Shown here: in pieces, positions 29,232 to 41,497 of the stretch
Layout of the letters: each line of letters opens with the position of its first letter
How positions within the stretch are numbered: the first letter of the stretch is position 1
The notes under the pieces: model-generated
Databases searched by the model: none
What the model was told of the DNA's origin: nothing
The model's input: the letters and a program-made list of their open reading frames with translations, nothing else
Source of the DNA: Antedon mediterranea
Taxonomy: Eukaryota > Animalia > Echinodermata
NCBI RefSeq assembly: GCF_964355755.1
Contig: NC_092673.1
Span: forward strand, 33,353,648 to 33,417,647
Reading direction: 5' to 3'
DNA length: 64,000 nt
Made by a program: the position numbers and the translations under genes

Positions 29232-29997
29232 CGTATAATGCGTGGATAAGGAGGGTCACGAAAATACTACAACAGTGCTATAAACCTCTTTAATATTATA
29301 ATTTCGATATAGTCAATTATTTCATTATTATTTAGTTAATTAGCCATAATTAAAACATTTTCCAATAATGTAGGACAAGGACATATATACCGTATGTTAC
29401 GAGTTGAACTTGATGTCTTACATTTTAGGATGGGTACTGTAACACTAAGGACATGGATTACCCTAACCTTAACTACTTGATTCGAAGCCTTTATTAACAG
29501 TATGACAGCATCAACAATCAAGGAGTCCATAACACAAAACATGTTTTACAAACCAAAAAATGTCCTGCTGCAGGCGAGATTCTCTTTTCAATACAATAAA
29601 GAGTAAATTTATAAATTGTCTGAATAGGCTACTACTATTTTCGACCGATATCCTCAAAGTTTTGTCGGAGTCTTGGACTCCCCTCTTCAAATGGAAGCTG
29701 GATCATACAGTGTTGGATATTAATTGTATTTAAAAAAAGACAACACGGAATATTCCACGATGTTCATTCTGCTTCAGGCGCGGAATAGCAACACAAAATG
29801 ATTAAGTTGTTTGAATGAATAGGAATAATCAATGGTCAATGGTGGAGAGTGGCATACATTCACGTCAGGATGAAGGTAATTTAAAATGACAATATTAATC
29901 CACGATTAGGTAAGTTTGTTGTTCAATTGGTTTTATAGCCAGAAAGAATAAACTAATAAAATGCAGGCTATGCAGAAGAAGCAGACCGTAAAAAGGG

Positions 29998-30198
29998 CAA
30001 GCGAAGTTATAGACAGTTAGCAATCACAAGCGAATAAGCCATCGCTTGTGATTGGTCAATTCACTTGCGTTGCGTAACGTCCTTGCGTTGCGTCGCTAGT
30101 GGGAACCACGCTTAACTGTCTATAACTTCGTTTGTCATTGGTTAAAACGCTTGCGTTGCGTTTACGTCCTTGCGTTACGTTCTAGTGGGAACCAAGCT
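29998..30198. mobile_element. Rearranged MITE family A (both halves in the same orientation)
   Basis: Two segments each ending in ctagtgggaacca(c/a)gct, at 30112 and 30198; a further related element ends near 30428. Confidence 0.75.
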
Positions 30199-31943
30199 TT
30201 AAGGGAGAACTTTCTTGTGACACTCTAAACGCAACGTAACGCAACCTAAAGTACGCAAAATAAGCAAATGCCCTCATAATGATTGTGTTTGCCCCCGCCT
30301 GCGTAATATCAAACCTGCGATGTTTCCAGCACTGTTGCGTCGTCGGTTCCCACTTGTGATTACGCAATACAGCACTTTGCGTCAATGCGTCGTTGCGTTC
30401 CGTTGCGTCGCTAGTGGGAATCACGCTTAAATGAGGGAACACTTTGTTGGGTCCTGAAGGTGTCCCAATAAAAAGGTTCAACATTAATCATCTCTATTCA
30501 GCTGATATCCCTAATAAGTGGACACTTTGCTTGGTCCTGAAGGTGTCCTCTAATAGGGGTGAGCCTACTATTATATTCTATATCATATTATGGATTGTAT
30601 TCACATTTTCTTGACCTACGATACTATATACTGTCAACAGATATTGACGATCTATGGAATGTGACATCCGCTTACACTCATTAACTATTAATGATTATTC
30701 TGGGATCAATTCCTTGTAATATTAAGGCTCGTGAGTTGTACAGGTTAAGACAAAATCAATTCAGTCGTTTAGTTTTGCATAAAGGCCAAGCAACACTAGA
30801 TTTAAAATGGCAAACACTGTTCCTGTACATTAGGTATAGTGAAACTTATGAGGGGTTTGCATAAAGGTAAGCACATCCCACTCTTGCAACATGGTACGAT
30901 CAGTGACGTAGTAAAGTCACAAAGTTGACGCGGACGCGCGCGTACAAATATGTTTTTATCAACGTTTCAACGCGCGCGTGAGGTTATGTGCGCTTTCAAC
31001 GATCGCGTAAGTTTGCATAAATGTTTCATACCAACATTTTGACCTTCTGGAGTGGTGGCCATTAAAGAATAATAAGAGGATAACAAGAATAACTTATTAT
31101 GCCTACTGTACTATTATCACATCAAAATGGAGAAATCACTTTTCTGTGTGCCTCACATAGCAGAAATATATTACTGTAGGTACGTTCATTCAATCAGTCA
31201 CGTGCAAAAACAAATGTATGTATTTATTATTAATATATAGTGAGTTTTACGCTCTGACTAAATCGTCATAGTATAGGAAACTATTACTGTTACGCTCTAC
31301 TACATTTGTAAATAATATTTTGAACATTATGAATTTATAATATAGAGTTTTAGGGTAGTATAACATATTATTCAGTGGTGATTTAAAACCCACTTGTATG
31401 TTTATTTGTATGCCCGGTGATAATTAAATTTTGCGCAAAATGTCATGATATTTAATATAGCCAATAACTGAACGGTATTCGCATGCCAGATTGCATACCA
31501 TAACACGCAAGGTTCGAGGCATGAATAATACTAGAACCATTAATTATAATTCCTGTATTTATATCTGATAGGCCTACGTCGAATTCCAACATATTAGCAG
31601 CGCAGGTACTGTAGACATCAGTAATATCATGATGCATTATTATAAGCGACATGCGAACATTATATAGACCATTAGCACTGTAAACTATGTAATTCTGCAT
31701 AATTGACGTTCGTACGTACGGACGGATATGGTAAGATTCGTCTTATATAGGCCTATCGGACGCAGGTTATATAGAAATATATTCTATTATAAGATAATTC
31801 GACGGATTAATAATGCCAAACAATTAACACGTACGGGACAGTGACAATCGGAAATCCATGTAGAACTTATACAGCGGTAGGGTCCATACTGTCAGTCGGA
31901 CCCTGGTAAGTGAACATCTTATCTAAAATAAGTTTATACTTAC

Positions 31944-31947
31944 CCAT
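31944..31947 (-). CDS. Candidate start-codon exon end (ATG G) of the Cav2-type gene
   Basis: Minus strand TTCGAC ATG G|GTAAGTA: good Kozak context and a perfect donor. Phase 1 matches the CC that opens the 19414 exon (ATG GCC GCG = MAA). Inferred only. Confidence 0.4.
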
Positions 31948-34426
31948 GTCGAAGACTTGACTCTATGGCTATGTAAATATGTCCGAATATATAAGATCCA
32001 GAATTATATGATAGTAGTTTTGTGAGTCAGCATCGCGAACGGGCTGGATTGTACTCTGTTGGTGTCAACTGTGGCTTTTCTCTTTTTAGATTTCGTTACG
32101 CATGAAAGGGCCTTCATAATAGGGGGATAACCGATTCTGGACCGTATCTGCATATCAAAGCCTATTCAACACCGTACCAAAATAATCAATAACCCTCGGG
32201 CATTAAAAAAATCATATTTGTCATTTTTCTACTGATTTTCAATAGATTGAAGGTTGAGGCAGTCATGACAAGGCATAATCAATAGGGTTTTTTTTATATA
32301 GTATATACGATATATCGATTGCGTATACGTAGGTCTACATCACACACCAAGTGCGTACGCTTCGAGTACGCGTAACGCGCCATGTATGTATACGGTCTTT
32401 AGTAATAGGCCTACTGTGTTGGATTTTGTATTTTAGCAGATTAATTAGGCAAAAACGTGGAAGTTTAACATTGGATCTTTTTCAGGTGATCTAATAATGT
32501 CAAAGTTCACCAAGCAGTCGCAATGAGCGTAATTCTATTTTTTTTTTATATTTTACCATGAACTATCAGAATCGAAGCACATATACGATTTTTAAGTTCT
32601 CAGCATCCTTCTCCTCTAAGTCGCTCCCTCAAACTAAAAACTTATTTCAGGGTTTTAATTAAAGAGAATTGTACATGTATGTGTCTATGAACTTTCATAA
32701 TTTAAAGCTGGCTGACGGTTGGACGCAATGCAAGGACGTAAGAAGAACACGTCCTATCACGACGACGCGAAGGACCATCTAAAGTGTCCTGATTGGTCAA
32801 GTCACGTGCGTTGTTCCTACGTCGACGTAAAGTATGAAGTAATAATATTACAGCCTACAGCGACTCCATAGACTGTATTTATAACCTGGCGTATGAGGGC
32901 AGTGTAATGGTATACATGATGCTGACGCGCGCATGATCATGTAGATGCATATTCAGTATAAACGAAAATAAATGCATTTCTAGATTTTGCCAACGGAAAG
33001 TTATTTGAAAATATATAAGTGTATATTGCCTCTATGCCATCTAAAATAATAGGCTACAACTCTAATAAAAACGAATTACATTTTAACACTATTGAAATGT
33101 AGATACCCTAAAATGATGATAATAATTTTAAAACGTTACTAGTCAGCACTAAAACGATATTGAGAGCAATATGAAACGGTCATATTTTAGTTTTGACACT
33201 ACGAACGAAGAGACTTTTACGCGCGCGTTCAAATGACCATGGTGCGTTCACAATCCGATGATATAGTACAGCATTTTACACGCGCGTCGGTGTTGCTCAA
33301 GAGAAAATTTCGTTTTTACGACGCGCCTCGCGATTGCGCATCTGTCTAGTCGAAACATCAGTCTCAGAGATATATTACGAGCATGCACAGAGTGACTTTT
33401 AGACTCAATGGCCACATAATCGCGTGGTGCGTCGTAAAAAATCGTGCATGTGTAACTAACTATGTGTTGGAGGGCATCTCCCAAAAAATGATTGTGCGAA
33501 GCTACACTAAAAGCATGATTTAATCCGTGTGATGCGTATTACGTATTAAAAGATGAAATAAGCCTAAATGTGTTAATTAAAAGCTAATATTCTGATACTA
33601 TCCCATAGAGTACATTTGACAATGTCGGAAAAAGACTCCCAGCCTACAAAATGAACGTAAATGAACGTTACGTAAACGAACGTTACGTAAACTCACCGTT
33701 ACTGCTTGTCATGATGCAATTACTGATAATAAAATAATAAAATATAAATCCAAGATATTGAAAACAATTATCATCATTGTTATATCTTAAAAATAAGAAA
33801 AACAACGTTGCACGCGGCAGGTCTATCATTAGTGACAACAGTTATAGTAAATAGATTTTGAAACGTCATCGCTGAACAATACGAATAAAGTGATTACGTC
33901 ACAAAACTGACAAGATAGACAATAAGGTGTGAACAGATTGTAAGATTAACACATACGGTTTATCAACAATCTATTTTATACTTTTAAAAAACAACCATTT
34001 CCACATAACGCTGTGTTCACACTTTCATTAAAATTCGCATCATTTGCATATTAGGCCTATAAATTAACATTTTAATGATATGCGCGCGATTTTAACCAAA
34101 ATAGAGTATATGTACAGTATTATAATTTTGTATTATTGACTATGAAAAAATTGTTTTAATTAAAAATTAAAGTGCATTGCTTTCTTCTTAATTATGCATT
34201 TTGTTTGCATAATTTAGTTGCTTTATAGCCATTATTAGTGGTATATATCGTTTATGTTAACGGAATTTTTCCAATCGACAATAAAATTTGATTTTCTGAT
34301 CACAGTAAATTTGTTGAGAGGTTCTTTTGTTTAGAGTGGATTGAAGTGCTAGTGGTAATTTAAAACCGGCCTACTCACGATTTCGTCTTATTCTAACCTC
34401 AAAATAATAATAACTCTAAAAAATAA

Positions 34427-34689
34427 TGCTCTGTTTACACTATCAAACTAGTGTGATGTGCCCAATTATGATGGTGATATGCCCAAATATGGTAGTGATA
34501 TGACATTATCAGATTCAGATTCAGATTCAGATTCGATTTATTAGGTTATTCATACATAGCATAATGATAATTGTTTTCTTGGCAGAAAAACACAAGCAAA
34601 ACAATACACACATAATATTTACATGTCCATATATGGGCACATACATTTTGTTGTCGAGTCACATAAGGTTTGATAGTGTATAAAGAGCT
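34427..34689. mobile_element. MITE family B interrupted by a ~110-bp insert containing (TTCAGA)n
   Basis: Left TIR tgctctgtttacactatcaaac, right TIR gtttgatagtgtataaagagct, TAA on both sides. Confidence 0.7.
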
Positions 34690-37600
34690 TAATATAGGCT
34701 AGCTGACAAAATTTAAGTGCTTTTTGAGGAAATTCGTTGTCAAAAACATCGGTGTTAGCCCAACATATATAATTTATCAAAGGGTTTTCAGATTGGTTTA
34801 GAGTTTTTTGGCCGATTATCAACATTTCTGAAGACATCAGCAATGTATTTTGTATTTTTCAGCTTCATGATGAAAGGAATGTCACGTGTGACCCTGTAAT
34901 TAGAAATTTGCCTATAGCCTATATACAAGTGTTAATTACACTGTATACTAATTGACTAATGTTGGAGGGTAGTGCGTTTGATTCAGCATCAACAGCATAG
35001 CTATCATAACACAGAGAAATAAAACCGTCGGTAGAAATAAAGAACTTTGTAAGTGTAAAGGTCCGTCTACACTATCAAATTTTTTATGCGACAACAAAAT
35101 GTGATGTGCCCATATATGGACATGATGATGTCATGTCACCATTATATTTGGGCAAATCACTACCGTATTCGGGCTTTACTGTTCTTATATTTGATGCTTT
35201 AAAGGTGATCTCCGGGTTTAAAATTTATATTGCTTATTATGAAAGGTAAACATTTGCAACAGCATTGCTAACAACTCCCCCCCCCCCACCCCCTCTGCTT
35301 ATTTTTCTCCGTCAATGGTAAAGTAGAAGGAGTAGAAGGAGTAGAAAGAGTAGAAGGAGTGTATGCAAAATAAGCCTGCCGATAAATAAGTTGGGTTATC
35401 ATCAATGTTGTTGAAAAGTGTTATATTTTATAATAAAACTTTATGCCCGGTATCAACCTTTAACAGAAAACTTTTCAAGATAAGGAAAACGACTTACCTT
35501 TATTATTAATAGGTTATGATTCCAATGGTGGTATTATCCAGGCATTATTCACTTTAAACAGGACTACATTACGGAATATAGATTGAAACAGGTTTTCATA
35601 TATTTCCTTTAAAAAATGAAAATTTAAATAGATTAAACTTTCGGTTTAAAATTAATTTAGGAAATGTAGAACTCCAGTCGTACAGCATTGGGATTCGAAC
35701 CAACCATTTTCTGTTTTATCGGCCATTAAAACAAGTCAATTAAGCCATACAATAGTATATATTTAACAAGACAAACATGAATACTCTCTACCTTCATTCA
35801 GATATATTTTTCTGAGTCATATGATTTGAACTACGTACTGGAAGCTTCTCATTAGATAGTGCTTGATTAAATCACTATGTTTTATAGTAAAAACTGATTT
35901 ATAAATATAGAATCACTACTGTATTATTTTACAAAATATTTATTCAAAGAAACGGGAAAATGATGGTGGTACGACGACTATTGGTAAACAGTGTGTAGGC
36001 ATAAAGACAATATACAGCACGTGTTACTCAAAATATTACTATTATTAACAGACTTTTACTAAAATAATCTAAATTTGCAATGTCATTTAACAGAACAAAA
36101 GAATAATCGTGATGATGTATAAATAGCAAATACTGCACAACAAGGTGTTTAAACATAACGCTGTTTGTCGAGATTTTAGCGTACGGTGTTTGATGATATT
36201 GCAAGGATAGAATGAATGGCATATTGAACGAGTCGAGGTCATTCTTTAGAGTAAGTGGCTATTAAAAAGGACATTACTTTATTCAAATATCACTTTATCT
36301 TGTTACAATATGTATGACATGTACAAACAGGTTCAATGTGCGTTTAAACGTTGATGAAAATGATATAGTTGTACGCACGCGTCAAAATTGCGTCACAATC
36401 ACAACGCGCTTCCGTTTCTTATGTGCCGCAGGCACTAGGCCAATGGAGCACCCGTAAATTAAAATAAAAGTCTCTTATGGGGGTTATGAAGTGAATACCA
36501 GAGAAATTATTGAAGTTTGATGACTTAAAAAGGAAATATTTCACTTAAGTGTATGTGAATACGGCCACAAAATCCATAAAATCATAAATAACTTTTTTCA
36601 GAGATTCTTACCATTTTTATATTAATTTGTGGTTATTTTTTATCTCTCCCATCTTTTTTTCTTTTATCTTTTTCAAAGGAAATGTAATTCGAAATATCAG
36701 AAGGTACCGTACCCGAATCAATAGTCACTTGTTCACATTGATTAGGTTTCAAAATCTGTACACTGCGTCACTTTTACAATCGTATTTACACACGACTATC
36801 AATATCTGAGTCATTTAAACGTATAATAGCTTATTAACACAATAATTATAGAAAAACAGTTACTGAACAATATATGTAATTTAGATTAAATATTGATGCA
36901 TAAATGCATAAAATTCAATGAGTATTTAGGTTGATACCAGTATAATTTAGGAATATTGGATATTGCTTTGAATTGTACACTATTATTATTATTTATTGTC
37001 CTTGTCACACGTAGGCTGAATTAAATTCAAATTTAAATCACGAACGGTGTGGGTACAACCGTGACCTTAGTATCCGCTAAGCATCACGAAGAAAACGTAT
37101 AGAAATATGCTTAACTTCTTAAATGTTCCTTGCTACAACAATATAGCAACTAATAAATCATATACTCCAGTCCATAAGGCGAGCATGGCAAGCTACCGCA
37201 ACTTAGGATAAAATATAACGAAGCTGCCGCCTTACCTGGTCTGTATAATACTATGGTATGTAAATTACCAATGGAACAGAAACAGTTGCTAGGTCTAATA
37301 AGCATAACAATTAGTTAATTATTTCACTATTTATCTACTTCGGAATTCTATTTTCTGAGAGGATATGTAAATTTGTCAATAAAAATAGGCCTACGTAAAT
37401 TTCGCTATAAAACAGCTTAACAACGAGTATTGATAATACTAAGAATCAATATGTTTAGACCATCTCGAAAAGAAGCCTTCCTCTTTTGTTTGCAAAAGTA
37501 TTCTCGGAAAGAAGCCCATCTAAAAAAGACGCCCACAAGAGTTTTAACAAAAGAAGAACATGAGCTTCTTTTCGAGCGTTGTGATAACTTATAATATATT

Positions 37601-37730
37601 ATTCATCTTCATCTTTTATCTTTATTTAAAACTTATTATCAACTCTTTTTGTTTGGTCTTACGTGGTTTCGTCCAATTTATATTTCTCCATTTGTCAATA
37701 GATAATTCTGAAAGTAAAAGTGTATTTCCA

Positions 37731-38480
37731 CTGTCCACTATCTCTATCTGTCCACTATCTCTATCTGTCCACTATCTCTATCTGTCCACTATCTCTATCT
37801 GTCCACTATCTCTATCTGTCCAATATCTCTATCTGTCCACTATCTCTATCTGTCCACTATCTCTATCTGTCCACTATCTCTATCTGTCCACTATCTCTAT
37901 CTGTCCACTATCGCTATCTGGCCACTATCTCTATCTGGCCACTATCTCTATCTGTCCACTATCCCTATCTGTCCCCTATCTCTATCTGTCCGCTATCTCT
38001 ATCTGTCCGCTATCTCTATCTGTCCGCTATCTCTATCTGTCCACTATCTCTATCTGTCCACTATCTCTATCTGTCCACTATCTCTATCTGTCCACTATCT
38101 CTATCTGTCCACTATCTCTATCTGTCCACTATCTCTATCTGTCCACTATCTCTATCTGTCCACTATCTCTATCTGTCCACTATCTCTATCTGTCCACTAT
38201 CTCTATCTGTCCACTATCTCTATCTGTCCACTATCTCTATCTGTTCACTATCTCTATCTGTCCGCTATCTCTATCTGTCCACTATCTCTATCTGTCCGCT
38301 ATCTCTATCTGTCCACTATCTCTATCTGTCCGCTATCTCTATCTGTCCACTATCTCTATCTGTCCGCTATCTCTATCTGTCCACTATCTCTATCTGTCCG
38401 CTATCTCTATCTGTCCACTATCTCTATCTGTCCACTATCTCTATCTGTCCACTATCTCTATCTGTCCACTATCTCTATCT
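37731..38480. repeat. 17-bp satellite (CTGTCCACTATCTCTAT) x~44
   Basis: Uninterrupted array with occasional variants (ccgct); explains the two long low-complexity ORFs. Confidence 0.98.
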
Positions 38481-38699
38481 TGATAATAACAGTTATAATA
38501 ACTCTTTCTTGTATTCTTTGTTTAATAAAAAAATAAAATCGTAGAAAGTACTGAATTGCATTGATATTACAAATAGGGAAGAGTTAAATTGTAATTTAAA
38601 ATCTTCCCTCGTTGTAATATCTGGTTATATTTGGTTACAACAAATACAACAACAAACAAATTCAAAGAATAGTACCGACCACACTCTAGTCAGATATTA

Positions 38700-38900
38700 T
38701 ACCAGTAAGCTGTTTTGAAAACGTTTTAGTTCTATACCTTTTTTCTACAGATTGCTATGAGGTAATGAGTCTTTTTAACGAAAATATTTTCTAAATTGGA
38801 ATATTTTTGATAATGGTAAGTTGTTCCAAACTTTTAATCCTTACCTTTGATATGAGAAGTATTCCTAATTCTGTTTTTATTTCACTTGTAAAATACCGAT
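38700..38900 (-). mobile_element. Possible CR1/L2-type LINE 3' relic
   Basis: Minus strand encodes GLKVWNNLP near 38815-38841, resembling the G-x-K-L-W-N-x-L-P motif at the C-terminus of CR1/L2 ORF2; otherwise degraded. Confidence 0.35.
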
Positions 38901-40001
38901 GGCCATAACACTAACTGACTGTATTTAATATTTCCTACCGGTAGAATTGCAGTATCGTCATTGACTTGTTTGGTTTGTGATTTGCGTAACTAAAAACATC
39001 ATTACATGATAATAGACAACATCTGGTATTCCATGCTTGTCACTTGTTGAAAAATCCACAAACGCCAGCACAACCCACCAATCAGAACGCCACAGTAGTA
39101 GAGCAGATTTGAATGCGTTGGAACCGACCTAACAGATGAGCGGTAAACGGTAAGCGGAATACCGTGTGCTTTTCCAATTTATTACACATGTGGAAAGTTC
39201 AGTCTAAACAGAGTCGCGTGTCATTCGAATTTCATCAGCGGAAAATTTGCGTAGAGATGGTAGACGTTTTCCGAATATATTGTCCCATTTATTACACAAA
39301 CTCTAAATTACGCCGAATACCGCGTAGCTTGTCCCATTTATTACACAAACTAAAGCGGCAACGGCATGATACATTTTTCGTAAACATAAAATGTGAATCT
39401 TCTTTGCGTGTGTCGAAACAGTGACGATTCAACTTCTAGAAAGAGGTGGATGCGAAATTGACATAACGGTATATTCGTATGTTGCGTCGTACGTTGCGAT
39501 GCGGCAGGATTTTTTATTTTCTAATGGGAACCAGGTTTTATGTACGTTCTGCATGCCATAGTCTTGGCGGAAACATTTCTTCATTGTGAACAAGGTTTAA
39601 ATGAAACACACCGGCTGTACACACGAGTTGTTCTCAAGGAATCCATCAATTTGTTTAGTTAATTCCAAGGAACAGCGTGGACATTTCTTCTTACATGTTT
39701 CCACCGATCTCATACAGTAAAAGAAAACGTGTGGACAATCTTCGTTATTAACGTTACCCGTTCAAATGTTATTAACGTAAAAACGGATAGTGTGAACCAG
39801 TTCAAACGTTATTGAAGTAAAAACGGGTAGTGTGAATCAGTTCACGAGTTAACGTAAAAAAGGCTAGTGTGAACCAGTTCACACGTACGTTAACGTAAAA
39901 ACGTCTAGGCCTCGTGTGAACCAGTTCGCACGTAATTAACGTTACGACCGTCCAGTGTGAGCCAGTTCACACGTAATTAACGTTACAATCGTCGAGTGTA
40001 A

Positions 40002-40227
40002 AGCCTGTTTTCATGTCGGCGTTAGGCTTAGTCGACGCTATCGTTCGTAACAATCGTTCGTAACAATAATCAGCAATCTTCTAGGTAAACATTGAAATGT
40101 TAACGATTTACAGGCAAAGGTACTCGCTATCGTTATCATTTCAACTTGATCGTTTTCAAACGATCGTCGTTGAACTGTTAACGATCAACGACGAAAGCGT
40201 CGAATAACGTCGACAGGAAAACAGGCT
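40002..40227. mobile_element. MITE family D
   Basis: TIRs agcctgttttcatgtcggcgtta...taacgtcgacaggaaaacaggct flanked by TAA/TTA. Confidence 0.65.
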
Positions 40228-40251
40228 TTAATCAACGAAAACCCAACGTTA

Positions 40252-40426
40252 AGCGTGGTTCCCACTAGCGACGCAACACAAGGACGTAACGCAACGCAAG
40301 TGAATTGACCAATCACAAGCGATGGCTTATTCGCTTGTGATTGCTGTCTATAACTTCGCTTGTCATTGGTTAAAACGCTTGCGTTGCGTTTACGTCCTTG
40401 CGTTACGTTCAAGTGGGAACCAAGCT
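40252..40426. mobile_element. MITE family A
   Basis: TIRs with TTA on both sides; near-identical to 16121-16299. Confidence 0.88.
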
Positions 40427-41352
40427 TTAAGCAACGTTACGGCCGTCCAGTGTAAGCCAGTTCACACGTTATTAACGTTGCGATACACATGTGTATAAGC
40501 TTTTGATTTGCATGAACAAATTCGGCTAGTGAAAAATCGGCTATATATACAATACAAATTCACTAATTAAATTATCCTGTTTTTAAAACAATTTAATAAA
40601 CAACAAAATCTGACATTTTGTGCGTAAAACACATACATAATTCATATATTTAAAACTACAGTATTCAATAACAAATTAAATTATGTAAAATTTACACAAA
40701 ATATCATAAATGAAGCAATTTAAATAAAACATTTTTATAGACTGAAGTACTTTTATCAACACACACACCAATGTAACAATTCTCATTTAATATATACTGT
40801 ATTGAATAAAAAGAAAAATTCTCTAAGACAATATTGAAATTGATTGTTGTAAATTTAATTACACCACATTGTTAAATTACGACGTTGGTGGCAGCATTTT
40901 GAATTGATGTTTACCTATAAAAATAATGCACACTTTCACAATTATGAATTACTGAGGTGCGACCAAATATATGCACACAAAAAGAAAAAAAAGGTTGGTT
41001 CACACTTAGATGCAAGACGACAAGCTCAACGCAAGTGGGTCGACCAATCACAAATAAAAGTTTGGATGGTCCATCGCATGGTGATGGGTTAAAATTCTTG
41101 TGGAGCAGTTACATCCTTGCATTGCATCCACATAGAAACCAAGCTTTAGAATATAATAGCTCACTGGCAGCCCAGGCTCAAGAACCCTGTATACTGAATG
41201 TATTGTACTAATGTCTACATAAAGGAAAAAATATTTACAGAAGTGCTCTTAACACAAACTTAAAAATAATTGTTAAAATTAAATCTATGCCTTTTTGAGA
41301 ACGTCATAAAACAGTGTCCGAATCGATCAAACATTCAACTAAATTAACGAGG

Positions 41353-41497
41353 TTAGTCAACAACAATTTCTTCTTCAGTTTCTGGATCTTCTTGTTCTTG
41401 GTCGGGTCGCGGTAAAGGATGTTTACAGTACGCCGAACCGCAACAGCAATTAAAATATTTGGATTTGATTGCCCAGAATTTATCACCATAATCAAAC
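41353..41497 (-). CDS. EHMT1: EHMT last coding exon (SET end, post-SET, stop)
   Basis: [27 protein letters not shown]...EEEIVVD*; TAA at 41355-41353. Confidence 0.93.

Larger units (their letters stand above)
39745..40480. repeat. Degenerate ~38-bp array (ttaacgt...gtgtgaaccagttcacacg) interrupted by two MITEs
   Basis: About 6 units at 39745-40000 and one more after 40430. Confidence 0.75.

Noticed and set aside
36603-36620. ATG|GTAAGA on the minus strand as a Cav2 first exon
   Set aside because: Phase 0 is incompatible with the phase-1 start of the 19414 exon.
37560-38544. 307-aa and 274-aa ORFs
   Set aside because: Read-through of a stop-free 17-bp satellite.
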